Assembly (NCBI GenBank): GCA_964563885.1
Contig: CAZLYX010000002.1
Coordinates: 12,293-76,292, forward strand
Source: an uncultured Neisseria sp.
Lineage (GTDB): Bacteria > Pseudomonadota > Gammaproteobacteria > Burkholderiales > Neisseriaceae
Reading direction: 5' to 3'
DNA length: 64,000 bases
Of this stretch, positions 43,495-53,717 are shown one piece after another. Position numbers and translations under genes: made by a program. Under the pieces are notes generated by a model. That model had not been told where the DNA came from. It worked only from the letters and a program-made list of their open reading frames with translations, and searched no databases. Each line of letters opens with the position of its first letter. The stretch's first letter is position 1.

Positions 43495-46400
43495 TTTGCC
43501 ATTGTTCTGCTAATTGTTTCAATATGGCTCGTACTGTTTTAATTCGAGTAGCTATATCATCGCTAATGGTGTTTATCCGCAACTTGTCTTGCCCAGCGAA
43601 GCGATAGTTTTTGTTTGAATGCATCAACAAAATGATGTGCGCTGGGTCGATGGTGTGGTTTTTGCCTAAAGTAATGGTAACCGCTTCGCTGGTGGCGTCT
43701 ATGGTATTAATACCCATTTCTTTGGCTATTAAACGCAGACGGTGGCTTTCGAGCAAGGTGGTTGCTGGCTGCTCGGGCAAGCCGAAACGATCGACGAGTT
43801 CTTCGTGCACAGTATTGATTTCGGCTTGTGTTTCACAGGTGGCGAGGCGCTTATAAAGCATCAGGCGTTCGTGGATGTCAGGGCAATAGCTTTCTGGCAA
43901 CAGAGCGGCACTGTGTAATTTAATATCAGTGGTAACACCGAGTGGCGCATCAAGATCGGGCACGCGGCCTTTTTTAAGGTCGCGCACTGCTTGTTTGAGC
44001 ATTTCCGTATAAAGCGTGAAGCCAACTTGCATCATTTCACCACTTTGACCATCACCTAGAATTTCTCCCGCACCGCGAATTTCTAAATCTTGCATGGCGA
44101 GCATAAAGCCTGCACCTAAATCATCGGCAGCGGCAATGGCTTCAAGCCGTTTTTCAGCATCTTTGGTGATGTATTCTGGTGTGAGTAAATACGCATAGGC
44201 TTGATGATGGCTGCGACCAACGCGTCCACGTAATTGATGGAGTTGAGCGAGGCCAAATTTGTCGGCACGATTGATGATAATGGTGTTGGCATTGGGAATG
44301 TCGATGCCTGTTTCAATAATGGTAGAACACAGCAATACGTTAAAACGCTGTTGTAAAAAGTCGCGCATCACTTGTTCTAGTTCACGTTCACGCAATTGAC
44401 CATGAGCCACACCGATACGGGCTTCGGGTATCAGCTCAGCCAGCCTTTCGTGTACGTTTTCTATGGTGTCAACTTCGTTATGCAAGAAAAAAACTTGGCC
44501 GCCGCGCTTGAGCTCGCGCAAGATGGCTTCTCGAATGGTGCCTTGGCTGAAAGGTTTGACAAAGGTTTTTACAGCCAAACGGCGGTTGGGTGCAGTGGTG
44601 ATTAAGGAAAAATCGCGCAAGCCGTCAAGCGCCATGCTTAGGGTGCGTGGAATAGGGGTGGCGGTGAGGGTGAGAATATCAACATTGGCGCGCAGGCGTT
44701 TAAGCTGCTCTTTTTGGCGTACACCAAAGCGGTGTTCTTCATCAATTACCACCAATCCAAGGTTTTTAAAAACAATATCAGGCTGCACTAGCTTATGCGT
44801 GCCGATAACGATATCAACTGAACCATCCGCCATGCCCGCCAACGTTTCTTTGGTGGTTTTACTGGTGTTAAAGCGTGACAATTGCGCAACTTTTACTGGA
44901 AATTCGGCAAATCGATCAGCAAAATTCTGAGCATGTTGTTCTACTAAAAGGGTGGTTGGCGCGAGTATCGCCACTTGTTTTCCGCCCATCACTGCCACAA
45001 AAGCCGCACGCAGCGCCACTTCGGTTTTGCCAAAACCAACGTCGCCACAAATAAGCCTATCCATTGGCTTGCCTTGGGTGAGGTCTTGCAAAACAGCGCT
45101 AATGGCGGTGGCTTGGTCTTCTGTTTCTTCGTAGCCAAATCCATCAGCAAAAGATTGATAATCTAATTCTACCAACTCAAATTTATGACCTTGCAGCGCA
45201 GCGCGTTGTGCATATAAGTTTAATAACTCGGCGGCAGTATCACGTGCCTTTTCGGCTGCTTTTCGTTTGGCTTTGTCCCACGCAGCGCTGCCAAGTTTGT
45301 GTAGGTGTACGTTTTCATGTGCGTGGCCAGCATAGCGGCTGATTAAGTGTAGCTGTGATACCGGTACATAAAGTTGTGCTTCACCAGCATATTCGAGCAA
45401 CATCATTTCGTTGTCGCAGTCGCCCAAATCAAGGTTGGCTAAGCCCATATAGCGGCCAATGCCGTGATCTTCATGCACTACAGGGTCACCAATGTTGATT
45501 TCAGCCAGATCGCGCAACATGCTGTCTGAAATTGAAGCATGCTTACGGCGAGTGCGAGTGCGGCTGCGGGCAACGTATTGATATAAATCGGCTTCGGTAA
45601 TCACCGCCAAATTTTGTTCAGGTAGCTTAAAGCCAAAAGAGAGTGGGGCAACGGTTAAACACAAGGCTTCATCACTGGCTAAAAAGGCTTGCCAATCATC
45701 TACAGTTTTTACTTTTAAACCATGTTGTTGCATAAAGCCGTGCATGGTTTCGCGGCGACCAAGGCTTTCGGCACACAACAAAGTACGACCATTAAAGGCT
45801 ACCTGAAAGTTTTCAAGCGCTTTGAGTGGATGCTCGTGTTGGCGATCTACGGCAACATTGGGCAGCAATTGTTCGTCGGCATTAAGCTGCGGCCATATTT
45901 GTGGATAGGGTTTCAGGTAGCCTGAGAATTGATCTTCACTTAAATAAAGATGTTGCGGCGGTAAAGGCGGATATGTTTCATCGCCTTGAGCCATGGCAAA
46001 ACGGCTTTTAACATCAGCCCAAAAGCGCGATGCTTCAGCATGAATATCACCAATACACACCACATAGGCTTCATTGCCTAAATAATCGAATAAATTACTT
46101 AACTCGTCTTCAAAAAATAAAGGCAAGTAATATTCAACACCCGCCCCAAAATAACCTTTTGATACGGCTTTATAAACGGTGGCTACCGAAGGGTCACCGC
46201 TGATTTCATCGCGAAAACGGCTGCGGAAGATTTTTTGAGAATCAGTGTCGGTTGGAAACTCATGAGCAGGTAGCAGGCGAATTTCGCTCACGGGTGCGAG
46301 CGTGCGTTGGCTATCTGGATCGAAGGTTTTAATGCTGTCGATTTCATTGTCGAATAAGTCGAGCCGATAGGGATGTTCGCTGCCCATTGGAAACACATCT

Positions 46401-46906
46401 AAAATACCACCGCGAATAGCAAACTCGGCAGTAGCAACAACATTACTTACATGGCTGTAACCCGCTTCAACTAAGCTTTCGCGTAAGGCATTTATATCAA
46501 GAGTTTGCCCCACTTTTAGCCAAAACGTGCGCCCAATCATAAAAGAGACTGGCGAAAGTTTTTGCATCGCCGTGGCGACAGGTACAAACAATACGTCGAC
46601 TAAACCATTTTTTAATTGCCATAAAGCGGCCAAACGCTCAGATATCAAATCTTGATGAGGCGAAAAACGCTCGTAGGACAGGGTTTCCCAATCGGGCAGG
46701 AAAATGGTTTTGACATCGGGCGCAAAAAAGTGCCACGCCGCTTGTAAACGCAGCGCTTGTTCTGCATCTTCAGTGAGCACAATACTCATGGGCTTTGCTG
46801 GCAGCTTTTCGGTAAGCGCCAACGGTAAATAGCCTTGAGATAATTGTTGCCACAGAGATTTTTGAGCAGGTTTGGGTAAAACGAATGAAGATTTTGGCAT
46901 GAGCAA
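43484..46906 (-). CDS. mfd: Transcription-repair coupling factor
   Basis: It is 1140 aa with a UvrB-homology N-terminal region, the CarD/RID domain and SF2 helicase motifs (GDVGFGKTEVA, DEEHRFG, TATPIPRT, QLRGRVGRS). The TRCF C-terminal domain is present. Confidence 0.97.
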   Translation of the reverse strand: MLMPKSSFVLPKPAQKSLWQQLSQGYLPLALTEKLPAKPMSIVLTEDAEQALRLQAAWHFFAPDVKTIFLPDWETLSYERFSPHQDLISERLAALWQLKNGLVDVLFVPVATAMQKLSPVSFMIGRTFWLKVGQTLDINALRESLVEAGYSHVSNVVATAEFAIRGGILDVFPMGSEHPYRLDLFDNEIDSIKTFDPDSQRTLAPVSEIRLLPAHEFPTDTDSQKIFRSRFRDEISGDPSVATVYKAVSKGYFGAGVEYYLPLFFEDELSNLFDYLGNEAYVVCIGDIHAEASRFWADVKSRFAMAQGDETYPPLPPQHLYLSEDQFSGYLKPYPQIWPQLNADEQLLPNVAVDRQHEHPLKALENFQVAFNGRTLLCAESLGRRETMHGFMQQHGLKVKTVDDWQAFLASDEALCLTVAPLSFGFKLPEQNLAVITEADLYQYVARSRTRTRRKHASISDSMLRDLAEINIGDPVVHEDHGIGRYMGLANLDLGDCDNEMMLLEYAGEAQLYVPVSQLHLISRYAGHAHENVHLHKLGSAAWDKAKRKAAEKARDTAAELLNLYAQRAALQGHKFELVELDYQSFADGFGYEETEDQATAISAVLQDLTQGKPMDRLICGDVGFGKTEVALRAAFVAVMGGKQVAILAPTTLLVEQHAQNFADRFAEFPVKVAQLSRFNTSKTTKETLAGMADGSVDIVIGTHKLVQPDIVFKNLGLVVIDEEHRFGVRQKEQLKRLRANVDILTLTATPIPRTLSMALDGLRDFSLITTAPNRRLAVKTFVKPFSQGTIREAILRELKRGGQVFFLHNEVDTIENVHERLAELIPEARIGVAHGQLRERELEQVMRDFLQQRFNVLLCSTIIETGIDIPNANTIIINRADKFGLAQLHQLRGRVGRSHHQAYAYLLTPEYITKDAEKRLEAIAAADDLGAGFMLAMQDLEIRGAGEILGDGQSGEMMQVGFTLYTEMLKQAVRDLKKGRVPDLDAPLGVTTDIKLHSAALLPESYCPDIHERLMLYKRLATCETQAEINTVHEELVDRFGLPEQPATTLLESHRLRLIAKEMGINTIDATSEAVTITLGKNHTIDPAHIILLMHSNKNYRFAGQDKLRINTISDDIATRIKTVRAILKQLAEQWQKAT
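45617..45628 (-). repeat. DUS variant (AAGCTACCTGAA) inside mfd
   Basis: Read as KLPE on the coding strand. Confidence 0.85.
45796..45807 (+). repeat. DUS exact copy inside mfd (antisense to the coding strand)
   Basis: The coding strand reads FQVA. Confidence 0.9.
45912..45923 (-). repeat. DUS exact copy inside mfd
   Basis: The coding strand reads GYLK. Confidence 0.9.
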
Positions 46907-46910
46907 TAAG

Positions 46911-46961
46911 AGGCTACCTGAAAGCTTATTTACAGATGTACTGCAAGCTTTCAGGTAGCTT
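46911..46961. other. DUS inverted pair with extended 17-bp stem, immediately upstream of the mfd start
   Basis: AGGCTACCTGAAagctt-(17 nt)-aagctTTCAGGTAGCTT. Confidence 0.8.
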
Positions 46962-47183
46962 TTTAATAAGTTAACATAAAGCGCTATTTTAACAGCGCTG
47001 GCATTTTATAGTAGGTTTTTTGAGCGTATTTAAATTATGCTGTTTATAAGTATTATATAAACGGTCAACATTCAGAATTTTTAAATAGATTATGGGTGTA
47101 GTAGGGTGGTTATATTAGTTTTGATTATGGATGAAGGTTGGTTTGTGATAAAGATATTACTTTAAACAGTGCTGTTTCCAAAA

Positions 47184-47222
47184 AGGCTACCTGAAAACGT
47201 TCAATCCGCATTCGGGTAGCCT
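47184..47222. terminator. DUS pair, one arm exact and one arm with 1 mismatch (TTCGGGTAGCCT)
   Basis: Read directly. Confidence 0.7.
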
Positions 47223-47370
47223 TTTATATGGCGTTATGGTTATAACAAGATAGTGTGCTGAATGTAGATTAGCAGACTACACCGCGTTAAATTGGCGTGT
47301 AGAGAAATTCAAAAATAAGCGTTTAAACAATGGTCGTGGCTTGCTTGTATCATCTTAGTAAACAAAAATG

Positions 47371-48270
47371 TTACTTACAAATAGGCTGCACGAGTTGCTG
47401 GATCCAATTCACAACTATTTCTAATTTAGATGACCAGCGTTCTACATGGGGCGAAACGACTTGTAGCGGCATCATTGGAATGATGTCTGTTGCCAATACT
47501 TGAATCAGCTTTCCTGAGCTTAACTCTGTTTGTACGTCATAGGCAGGAATTTGAATCAAGCCCATCCCCGCCACTGCGCTGGCAATATAAGCTTCTGCAT
47601 TGTTTACCGTTACTCTAGAGGGTGGATGAAGCACAAGTATTTCTTGGCCAGATAGTTTTTCCCAAGGGTAAATTTTTCCAGAATGCTGTGATGCAAGTTG
47701 AACAACCCAGTGCTGAGAAAGTTCTTGTGTGCTTTTTGGTATGCCATGCTTTTCTATATAGATAGGGCTGGCACAATTAATAAGAGCAACATTACCCAAT
47801 GGTTTTAACAGCATTTCTTTATCTTTAAAATCACCAACTCTAATGGCTAAATCTACACCTTGTTCAATTAAATTAACCATGCGTTCTGTGCTGCGTATTT
47901 CGACATGTAGTTGTGAATGCTGTGCCAAAAAATTGGGTAAAGAAGGTATTAGTAAAAGCCTCGCCATCCGCGTAGGTGCTTCTATACGAATATGACCGCT
48001 TAGCTGATGATTTGATTGACTCGTATGCACATTCAACTCATTAAAATCATGTAGTAAATGGATAATACGCTCTAGCATGTTTTCGCCATCTACTGTCAAT
48101 TGCACCGTACGAGTGGTGCGGTGCAACAAGCTTACGCCTAAGCGACGCTCTAATAATTGTATAGCAGTAGTCACACTTGCTCGTGATAAGCCTAATTCTT
48201 CAGCAGTTTTGCTAAAGCTTCTGGTTTGTGCGACACGAACAAAAATGCGCATATGATCTATACGGTCCAT
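47371..48270 (-). CDS. LysR-family transcriptional regulator
   Basis: It has an N-terminal HTH (MRIFVRVAQTRSFSKTAEELGLSRASVTTAIQLLERRLG) and a LysR substrate-binding domain. It is divergent from an SDR gene. Confidence 0.92.
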   Translation of the reverse strand: MDRIDHMRIFVRVAQTRSFSKTAEELGLSRASVTTAIQLLERRLGVSLLHRTTRTVQLTVDGENMLERIIHLLHDFNELNVHTSQSNHQLSGHIRIEAPTRMARLLLIPSLPNFLAQHSQLHVEIRSTERMVNLIEQGVDLAIRVGDFKDKEMLLKPLGNVALINCASPIYIEKHGIPKSTQELSQHWVVQLASQHSGKIYPWEKLSGQEILVLHPPSRVTVNNAEAYIASAVAGMGLIQIPAYDVQTELSSGKLIQVLATDIIPMMPLQVVSPHVERWSSKLEIVVNWIQQLVQPICK

Positions 48271-48427
48271 AAATACCCAATGTATTGTTTCTATTTTACA
48301 AACAGTATAGCTAAAAAACAGCTAATTGTTATGCTTTAGAAAAGTAATACAATCAAATTATCGAAATTTTTCGATGCGTAACGCTTTTAATCCAGACGAT
48401 TTATCATATACATTGTGGAGGTTTAAA

Positions 48428-49183
48428 ATGGATCACAGCATTAAAGACAAAGTTGTATTGATCACCGGTGGCGCCAAAAACCTAGGCGGCTTGCTCTCTC
48501 AAAAATTTGCTGAAGCAGGTGCAAAAGCGATTGTTATTCACTACCATAGTGATGAGGCCAAAGCGCAAGCAGAGCAAACATTAGCAGATATTAAAGCGAA
48601 TGGTACTCAAGCTATTCTGATTCAATCAGACTTAACAAAAGTTGAAAATATAAGCAATTTGTTTTCAAAAGCAAAAGAAGCATTTGGTGGCATTGATATT
48701 GCAATTAACACCGTGGGAATGGTATTAAAAAAACCAATTACAGAATCATCTGAATCAGAATATGACACTATGATGGATGTAAATGCAAAACAAGCATATT
48801 TCTTTTTACAAGAAGCAGGTAAGCACTTAAATGATAATGGCAAGATTTGTACGATTGTCACTTCTTTATTAGCTGCTTATACAGGTTTGTATTCTCTTTA
48901 TGCAGGTGCAAAAGCGCCAGTTGAACATTTCACCAGAGCGGCTTCTAAAGAATTTGGTTCGCGAGGTATTTCTGTAACAGCTGTTGCACCAGGCCCGATG
49001 GATACGCCATTTTTCTATGGTCAAGAAGCTGAAGAGGCGGTTGCTTATCACAAATCCGCATCAGCTTTAGGCGGTCTGACAGATATTAAAGACATTGCAC
49101 CATTAGTGCTATTTTTAGTTTCTGATGGCTGGTGGGTTACTGGGCAGACAATTTTTGCAAATGGTGGCTATACCACCAGATAA
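48428..49183 (+). CDS. SDR family oxidoreductase
   Basis: The start was moved to the ATG at 48428, which has GGAGG upstream. It has TGGAKNLGG and a YAGAK catalytic motif. Confidence 0.88.
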   Translation: MDHSIKDKVVLITGGAKNLGGLLSQKFAEAGAKAIVIHYHSDEAKAQAEQTLADIKANGTQAILIQSDLTKVENISNLFSKAKEAFGGIDIAINTVGMVLKKPITESSESEYDTMMDVNAKQAYFFLQEAGKHLNDNGKICTIVTSLLAAYTGLYSLYAGAKAPVEHFTRAASKEFGSRGISVTAVAPGPMDTPFFYGQEAEEAVAYHKSASALGGLTDIKDIAPLVLFLVSDGWWVTGQTIFANGGYTTR

Positions 49184-49339
49184 ATTACTATTTAACGCTG
49201 AATTGTTAAAAACTGTGCTTGATGGCCATGTCAATATTATTAAATAATCAGTATATCTAATGGATTATTTGGTACTTATATGTTGATAAAGTTTAGCTTG
49301 CGATTTAAGTATTGAATTTTATCAAACTAATGTAATAAA

Positions 49340-49372
49340 AAAAGGATTCGATGTTCACGCTCGAATCCTTTT
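49340..49372. terminator. Bidirectional terminator hairpin
   Basis: aaaaggattcga-tgttcacgc-tcgaatcctttt. Confidence 0.75.
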
Positions 49373-49399
49373 AAACTTCTGCAAATGATTTGGAAATAA

Positions 49400-49861
49400 T
49401 CATTTATTTAGTTTCTTTGTTTGCTTTTTTTCCTGTTTTTCTTGGATATCTTCAAAAGGTTGATATTTTTCAGTGATTTCTTTTTTAGTTAACACTTTTC
49501 TGGCTTGTTTAAAGAGCTCTTTTTCTTCTTCATCTAAATGATGGGTTAGAATTTCTTTGAGTACGGAAAATTTAGCGTCCCAGCTTTCATTATCAATAGC
49601 TGTTTTTTGAACTAAGCTAAATTGATAATTTATTAAGCTATGTTCTTCAATCATTTCAAGTACGATTGATTGTCCTTTTTTGTCAGACATTTTTTTAACA
49701 TCTTTAAAGAGAACTTGTTCTTCTGCTTCATGATGACCTATAACACCAGCATAAAGCTCTTTGAATAAAGTGGCTTTTTTAGCGCCTTTAGCCTTTTCAA
49801 TTTTAGCAATTAAATCTCTAAATTGCTGATGCTCATTTTTGATTTCTTGTAATACATTCAT
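49400..49861 (-). CDS. Hemerythrin HHE cation-binding domain protein
   Basis: The motifs HHEAEEQVLF and HHLDEEEKELF are present. Confidence 0.8.
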   Translation of the reverse strand: MNVLQEIKNEHQQFRDLIAKIEKAKGAKKATLFKELYAGVIGHHEAEEQVLFKDVKKMSDKKGQSIVLEMIEEHSLINYQFSLVQKTAIDNESWDAKFSVLKEILTHHLDEEEKELFKQARKVLTKKEITEKYQPFEDIQEKQEKKQTKKLNK

Positions 49862-50016
49862 GCTAATGTTCTCCTTTAGTCAGCTAGCGAATCATTAAAT
49901 CTAAAAGTATTGTACCATGCTGTTAAATTTATATAATATGCTATATCAAAATTTGGAACTTACCATTTATAATCATTATTTGTATGCAGGCATCTTTAGT
50001 ATAGACTCATGATTAT

Positions 50017-50466
50017 ATGGAAATTAAGGGTAAATCAGTGTTGACAAGATTGGCAAGTTTAGGCGCAGCAATATGGCTGGGGGCGCAACTGGGTTTTGGC
50101 TATGTTGCGGCACCAGTATTGTTTAGATATCTACCTAAAATGGAAGCGGGAAACATTGCTGGGGAATTGTTTCATATTGTGGCGTATGTGGGCTTATCGG
50201 TTTGGTTGCTGGTGTGGGTAAGCATAATGCGGCAAGGTGGCAAAATAGTTTATTGGGTGAGTGGCTTATTGGTCTTGCTGGCCATAAATGAATTTGTGGT
50301 GACGCCAGTAATCGAAGCACATAAAGCGGGCAGCACCAACTGGATGTTGTCATTGGTTGGCGGTTCATTTGGAATCTGGCATGGCATTTCTAGTATGATT
50401 TATTTATTATGCGGCATCTTGGGTACGGTATTGTTTTGGCGTTTAAACCGTTTTGACGGCAAATAA
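50017..50466 (+). CDS. DUF4149 family membrane protein
   Basis: It is a 4-TM protein. WLGAQLGFGYVAAPVLF...AGELF resembles DUF4149. Confidence 0.5.
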   Translation: MEIKGKSVLTRLASLGAAIWLGAQLGFGYVAAPVLFRYLPKMEAGNIAGELFHIVAYVGLSVWLLVWVSIMRQGGKIVYWVSGLLVLLAINEFVVTPVIEAHKAGSTNWMLSLVGGSFGIWHGISSMIYLLCGILGTVLFWRLNRFDGK

Positions 50467-50469
50467 AGC

Positions 50470-50481
50470 TTCAGGTAGCCT
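50470..50481 (-). repeat. DUS exact copy (single)
   Basis: agcTTCAGGTAGCCTtt. Confidence 0.9.
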
Positions 50482-50509
50482 TTATAAAGTTTAAATAAAA
50501 ATTAAATAA

Positions 50510-50537
50510 AAAAGACCTTGAATGACAAGGTCTTTTT
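50510..50537. terminator. Terminator hairpin between convergent genes
   Basis: aaaagaccttg-aatga-caaggtctttt. Confidence 0.8.
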
Positions 50538-50554
50538 ATATTAGCTGCTATTAA

Positions 50555-50836
50555 TTAAACGTCAGGTTTTTTACGCCATAAAATCAGCAGCTTGCCAATA
50601 TTCTGGATAAAATGAGCATTAACTGATTCGGACAAAGCTTTGCACATGGCCAAACGGTTTTCACGATCATCGCCTAAAATACGCACCTTGATTAGCTCGT
50701 GAGCATTAAGCGCAGCATCGGTTTCTTTAATAACGGATTCTGTTAGACCATGCTGGCCAATCATTACCACTGGATTTAAATTGTGAGCTTGTGCTCTTAA
50801 TGCCAAAATTTCTTTGGTGCTTAATGTCTCTGTCAT
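50555..50836 (-). CDS. yhbY: Ribosome assembly RNA-binding protein YhbY (CRM domain)
   Basis: LRAQAHNLNPVVMIGQHGLTESV...HELIKVR matches the family. It is divergent from rlmE-ftsH, the conserved arrangement. Confidence 0.9.
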   Translation of the reverse strand: MTETLSTKEILALRAQAHNLNPVVMIGQHGLTESVIKETDAALNAHELIKVRILGDDRENRLAMCKALSESVNAHFIQNIGKLLILWRKKPDV

Positions 50837-50948
50837 GGGATGCTAGATGTTTAGGATATTTAAAAACGTTATTGTACGTCAAACGCTGACATTGGGGGGA
50901 GAAAATAACGTACAATAGCCCTCTTTGTTTCCATAAGGCACTTTCACA

Positions 50949-51569
50949 ATGGCAGTGCGATCAAAATCTTCCAAAGCATGGTTAAACGAACATATAAATG
51001 ATCATTATGTGCATCTAGCGCAAAAAGATGGTTATCGTGCTCGAGCGGCATATAAGCTGCTCGAAATAAATGCTAAAGACAAGTTGATACGCCAAGGCAC
51101 AGTGATTGCAGATTTGGGTAGTGCCCCAGGAAGCTGGTCGCAAGTAGCAGCAAAATTGGTTGGCGCAAGTGGTAAAGTCTTTGCTTTAGATATTTTGCCC
51201 ATGGATGAAGTACCCAACGTATCATTTATTCAAGGTGATTTTCAAGAGGCGGAAGTATTGGTGGAATTTGTAACCTTACTTGATAATCGACTATTAGATC
51301 TTGTAATTTGTGACATGGCGCCCAATATGAGCGGAAATGCAGTTACTGATCAAGCGAAGAGTTTTTATCTATGTGAATTAGCACTTGATTTTGCGACTGA
51401 ACATTTAAAAGCGGGCGGTAACTTTCTGGTGAAGGCTTTTCAAGGCGCAGGCTATCAAGAGTACGTAACAGCCATGCGTGAAATTTTTACTACTGTGCAA
51501 ACTCGGAAGCCCGAAGCGTCTCGCAATCGTTCTAGTGAAATTTATCTATTGGGTAAAAATAAACACTGA
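50949..51569 (+). CDS. rlmE: 23S rRNA (uridine2552-2'-O)-methyltransferase RlmE/FtsJ
   Basis: SKAWLNEHINDHYV, YRARAAYKL and DLGSAPGSWSQ match the family. It lies upstream of ftsH. Confidence 0.95.
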   Translation: MAVRSKSSKAWLNEHINDHYVHLAQKDGYRARAAYKLLEINAKDKLIRQGTVIADLGSAPGSWSQVAAKLVGASGKVFALDILPMDEVPNVSFIQGDFQEAEVLVEFVTLLDNRLLDLVICDMAPNMSGNAVTDQAKSFYLCELALDFATEHLKAGGNFLVKAFQGAGYQEYVTAMREIFTTVQTRKPEASRNRSSEIYLLGKNKH

Positions 51570-51640
51570 CAATGAGTGCAGCCTGAATTACAATTCGCCT
51601 TTGGTTTTTTTTTCTCTTTAATAATTGGAGCCTGTCTCAA

Positions 51641-53599
51641 GTGGGGAATACCATTAAAAATTTATTAGTCTGGCTTGCTTTAGCCGTCGCTTTGATGTTT
51701 GCATTCAATGCGGTGACAGAGAAAAAAGTAGATCAGCAACAAATTGAATACTCTCAATTTATCCAACAAGTTAATGCTGGCGACGTCAGCAGCGTTAATA
51801 TTGAAGGCTCGTTGGTGGGCGGTTATTTAATCAAAGGCGAACGCAAAGATAAAAGCGCGTTCTATACTAACGCACCATTAGATGACAAATTAGTCACTAC
51901 ATTGCTTGAAAAAAATGTTCGTGTAAAAGTAACGCCGGAAGATAAACCGAGCATGTTCACCAGCCTAATGTTTAGCATGTTGCCTGTGGTGCTACTGATT
52001 GGTGCGTTCTTTTACTTCACACGCATGCAAAGTGGTGGTGGCGGCGGCAAAGGCGGTGCCTTTTCTTTTGGCAAAAGCCGTGCCAAGCTGTTAGATAAAG
52101 ACACTAATAAGGTAACGTTCGCCGATGTGGCTGGTTGCGATGAAGCTAAAGATGAAGTGCAAGAAATTGTAGATTACTTAAAAGCACCAACTCGCTTTCA
52201 GAGCTTAGGTGGACGTGTACCACGTGGTGTTCTGCTTGCAGGTAGCCCAGGTACAGGTAAAACACTATTGGCCAAAGCGATTGCTGGCGAAGCAGAAGTA
52301 CCTTTCTTCAGTATTGCAGGTTCAGATTTTGTGGAAATGTTCGTTGGTGTCGGTGCGAGTCGTGTACGCGACATGTTTGAGCAGGCGAAGAAAAACGCAC
52401 CTTGTATTATTTTCATTGATGAAATTGATGCGGTAGGCCGCCAACGTGGTGCTGGTTTGGGCGGTGGTAATGATGAGCGTGAACAAACTTTAAACCAACT
52501 ATTGGTTGAGATGGATGGTTTCGAAAGTAACCAGACAGTGATTGTAGTGGCTGCAACCAACCGTCCAGATGTGCTGGATCCTGCTCTGCTACGTCCTGGT
52601 CGTTTTGATCGTCAAGTAATGGTGCCGTTGCCAGATATTCGTGGTCGCGAACAAATTTTGGGTGTGCATTCTAAAAAAGTTCCTTTAGATGGGTCAGTTG
52701 ATTTAAAAATTTTAGCAAAAGGTACACCTGGCTTTTCAGGAGCTGATTTAGCCAACTTAGTCAATGAGGCGGCATTGTATGCTGCGCGTCGTAATAAAAC
52801 CAAAGTAGACCAAAGTGACTTTGAAGACGCTAAAGATAAAATTTACATGGGCCCTGAGCGTCGTTCAATGGTGATGCATGAAGATGAGAAAAAAGCGACG
52901 GCTTATCATGAATCAGGCCATGCGATTGTAGCATCTAGTTTACCCTTTACTGATCCTGTGCATAAAGTTACTATCATGCCGCGTGGTCGAGCTTTGGGCC
53001 TAACTTGGCAGCTACCTGAGCGTGACCGCATTAGTATGTATCAAGACCAAATGCTAAGCCAGATTGCGATTTTGTTTGGTGGCCGTATTGCTGAAGATTT
53101 ATTTGTAGGCCGTATTTCGACTGGGGCTTCGAATGACTTTGAGCGCGCTACTCAAATTGCTCGTGAAATGGTAACCCGTTACGGCATGAGTGATAAATTA
53201 GGTCCTATGGTTTATGGCGAAAATGAAAGTGAAGTGTTTTTGGGTCGCTCAGTTACTCATTCACAAAATATTTCTGAAAATACGATGCAACAAGTGGATT
53301 CTGAAATTCGTCGCATTTTGGATGAGCAGTATGCAGTTGCTTACAAAGTCTTAAATGAAAATAGAGATATAATGGAGGCGATGTGTAAAGCCTTGATGGA
53401 TTGGGAAACAATTGATGCGGATCAAGTTAAAGAGATCATGGCAGGCAAAGAACCAAGCCCTCCTAAAGACTATAGTCACAATGTTCGTACAGAGGCAGAT
53501 GATGTGGTTATGCCAGACGTAATTTCAGAAGAAGAGCCGAAGTTATCTGACTTGTTGCCGGAAGATACGGTTAAGCCAGAAAATAGCGATAAAGCATGA
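51641..53599 (+). CDS. ftsH: ATP-dependent zinc metalloprotease FtsH
   Basis: GTG start with GGAG upstream. It has AAA+ Walker A (GSPGTGKT), SRH and the HESGHA zinc site. Confidence 0.97.
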   Translation: MGNTIKNLLVWLALAVALMFAFNAVTEKKVDQQQIEYSQFIQQVNAGDVSSVNIEGSLVGGYLIKGERKDKSAFYTNAPLDDKLVTTLLEKNVRVKVTPEDKPSMFTSLMFSMLPVVLLIGAFFYFTRMQSGGGGGKGGAFSFGKSRAKLLDKDTNKVTFADVAGCDEAKDEVQEIVDYLKAPTRFQSLGGRVPRGVLLAGSPGTGKTLLAKAIAGEAEVPFFSIAGSDFVEMFVGVGASRVRDMFEQAKKNAPCIIFIDEIDAVGRQRGAGLGGGNDEREQTLNQLLVEMDGFESNQTVIVVAATNRPDVLDPALLRPGRFDRQVMVPLPDIRGREQILGVHSKKVPLDGSVDLKILAKGTPGFSGADLANLVNEAALYAARRNKTKVDQSDFEDAKDKIYMGPERRSMVMHEDEKKATAYHESGHAIVASSLPFTDPVHKVTIMPRGRALGLTWQLPERDRISMYQDQMLSQIAILFGGRIAEDLFVGRISTGASNDFERATQIAREMVTRYGMSDKLGPMVYGENESEVFLGRSVTHSQNISENTMQQVDSEIRRILDEQYAVAYKVLNENRDIMEAMCKALMDWETIDADQVKEIMAGKEPSPPKDYSHNVRTEADDVVMPDVISEEEPKLSDLLPEDTVKPENSDKA

Positions 53600-53717
53600 T
53601 AATTTAATGATGCACAAATCGGCAGCTTATTAAGCTGCCGATTTTCTATATAAAAAATTAGTTTAAGTTTTCAGTAAGCCTTTATGATGGTTAAGTATAA
53701 TTTTAAAAGTGATAAAC

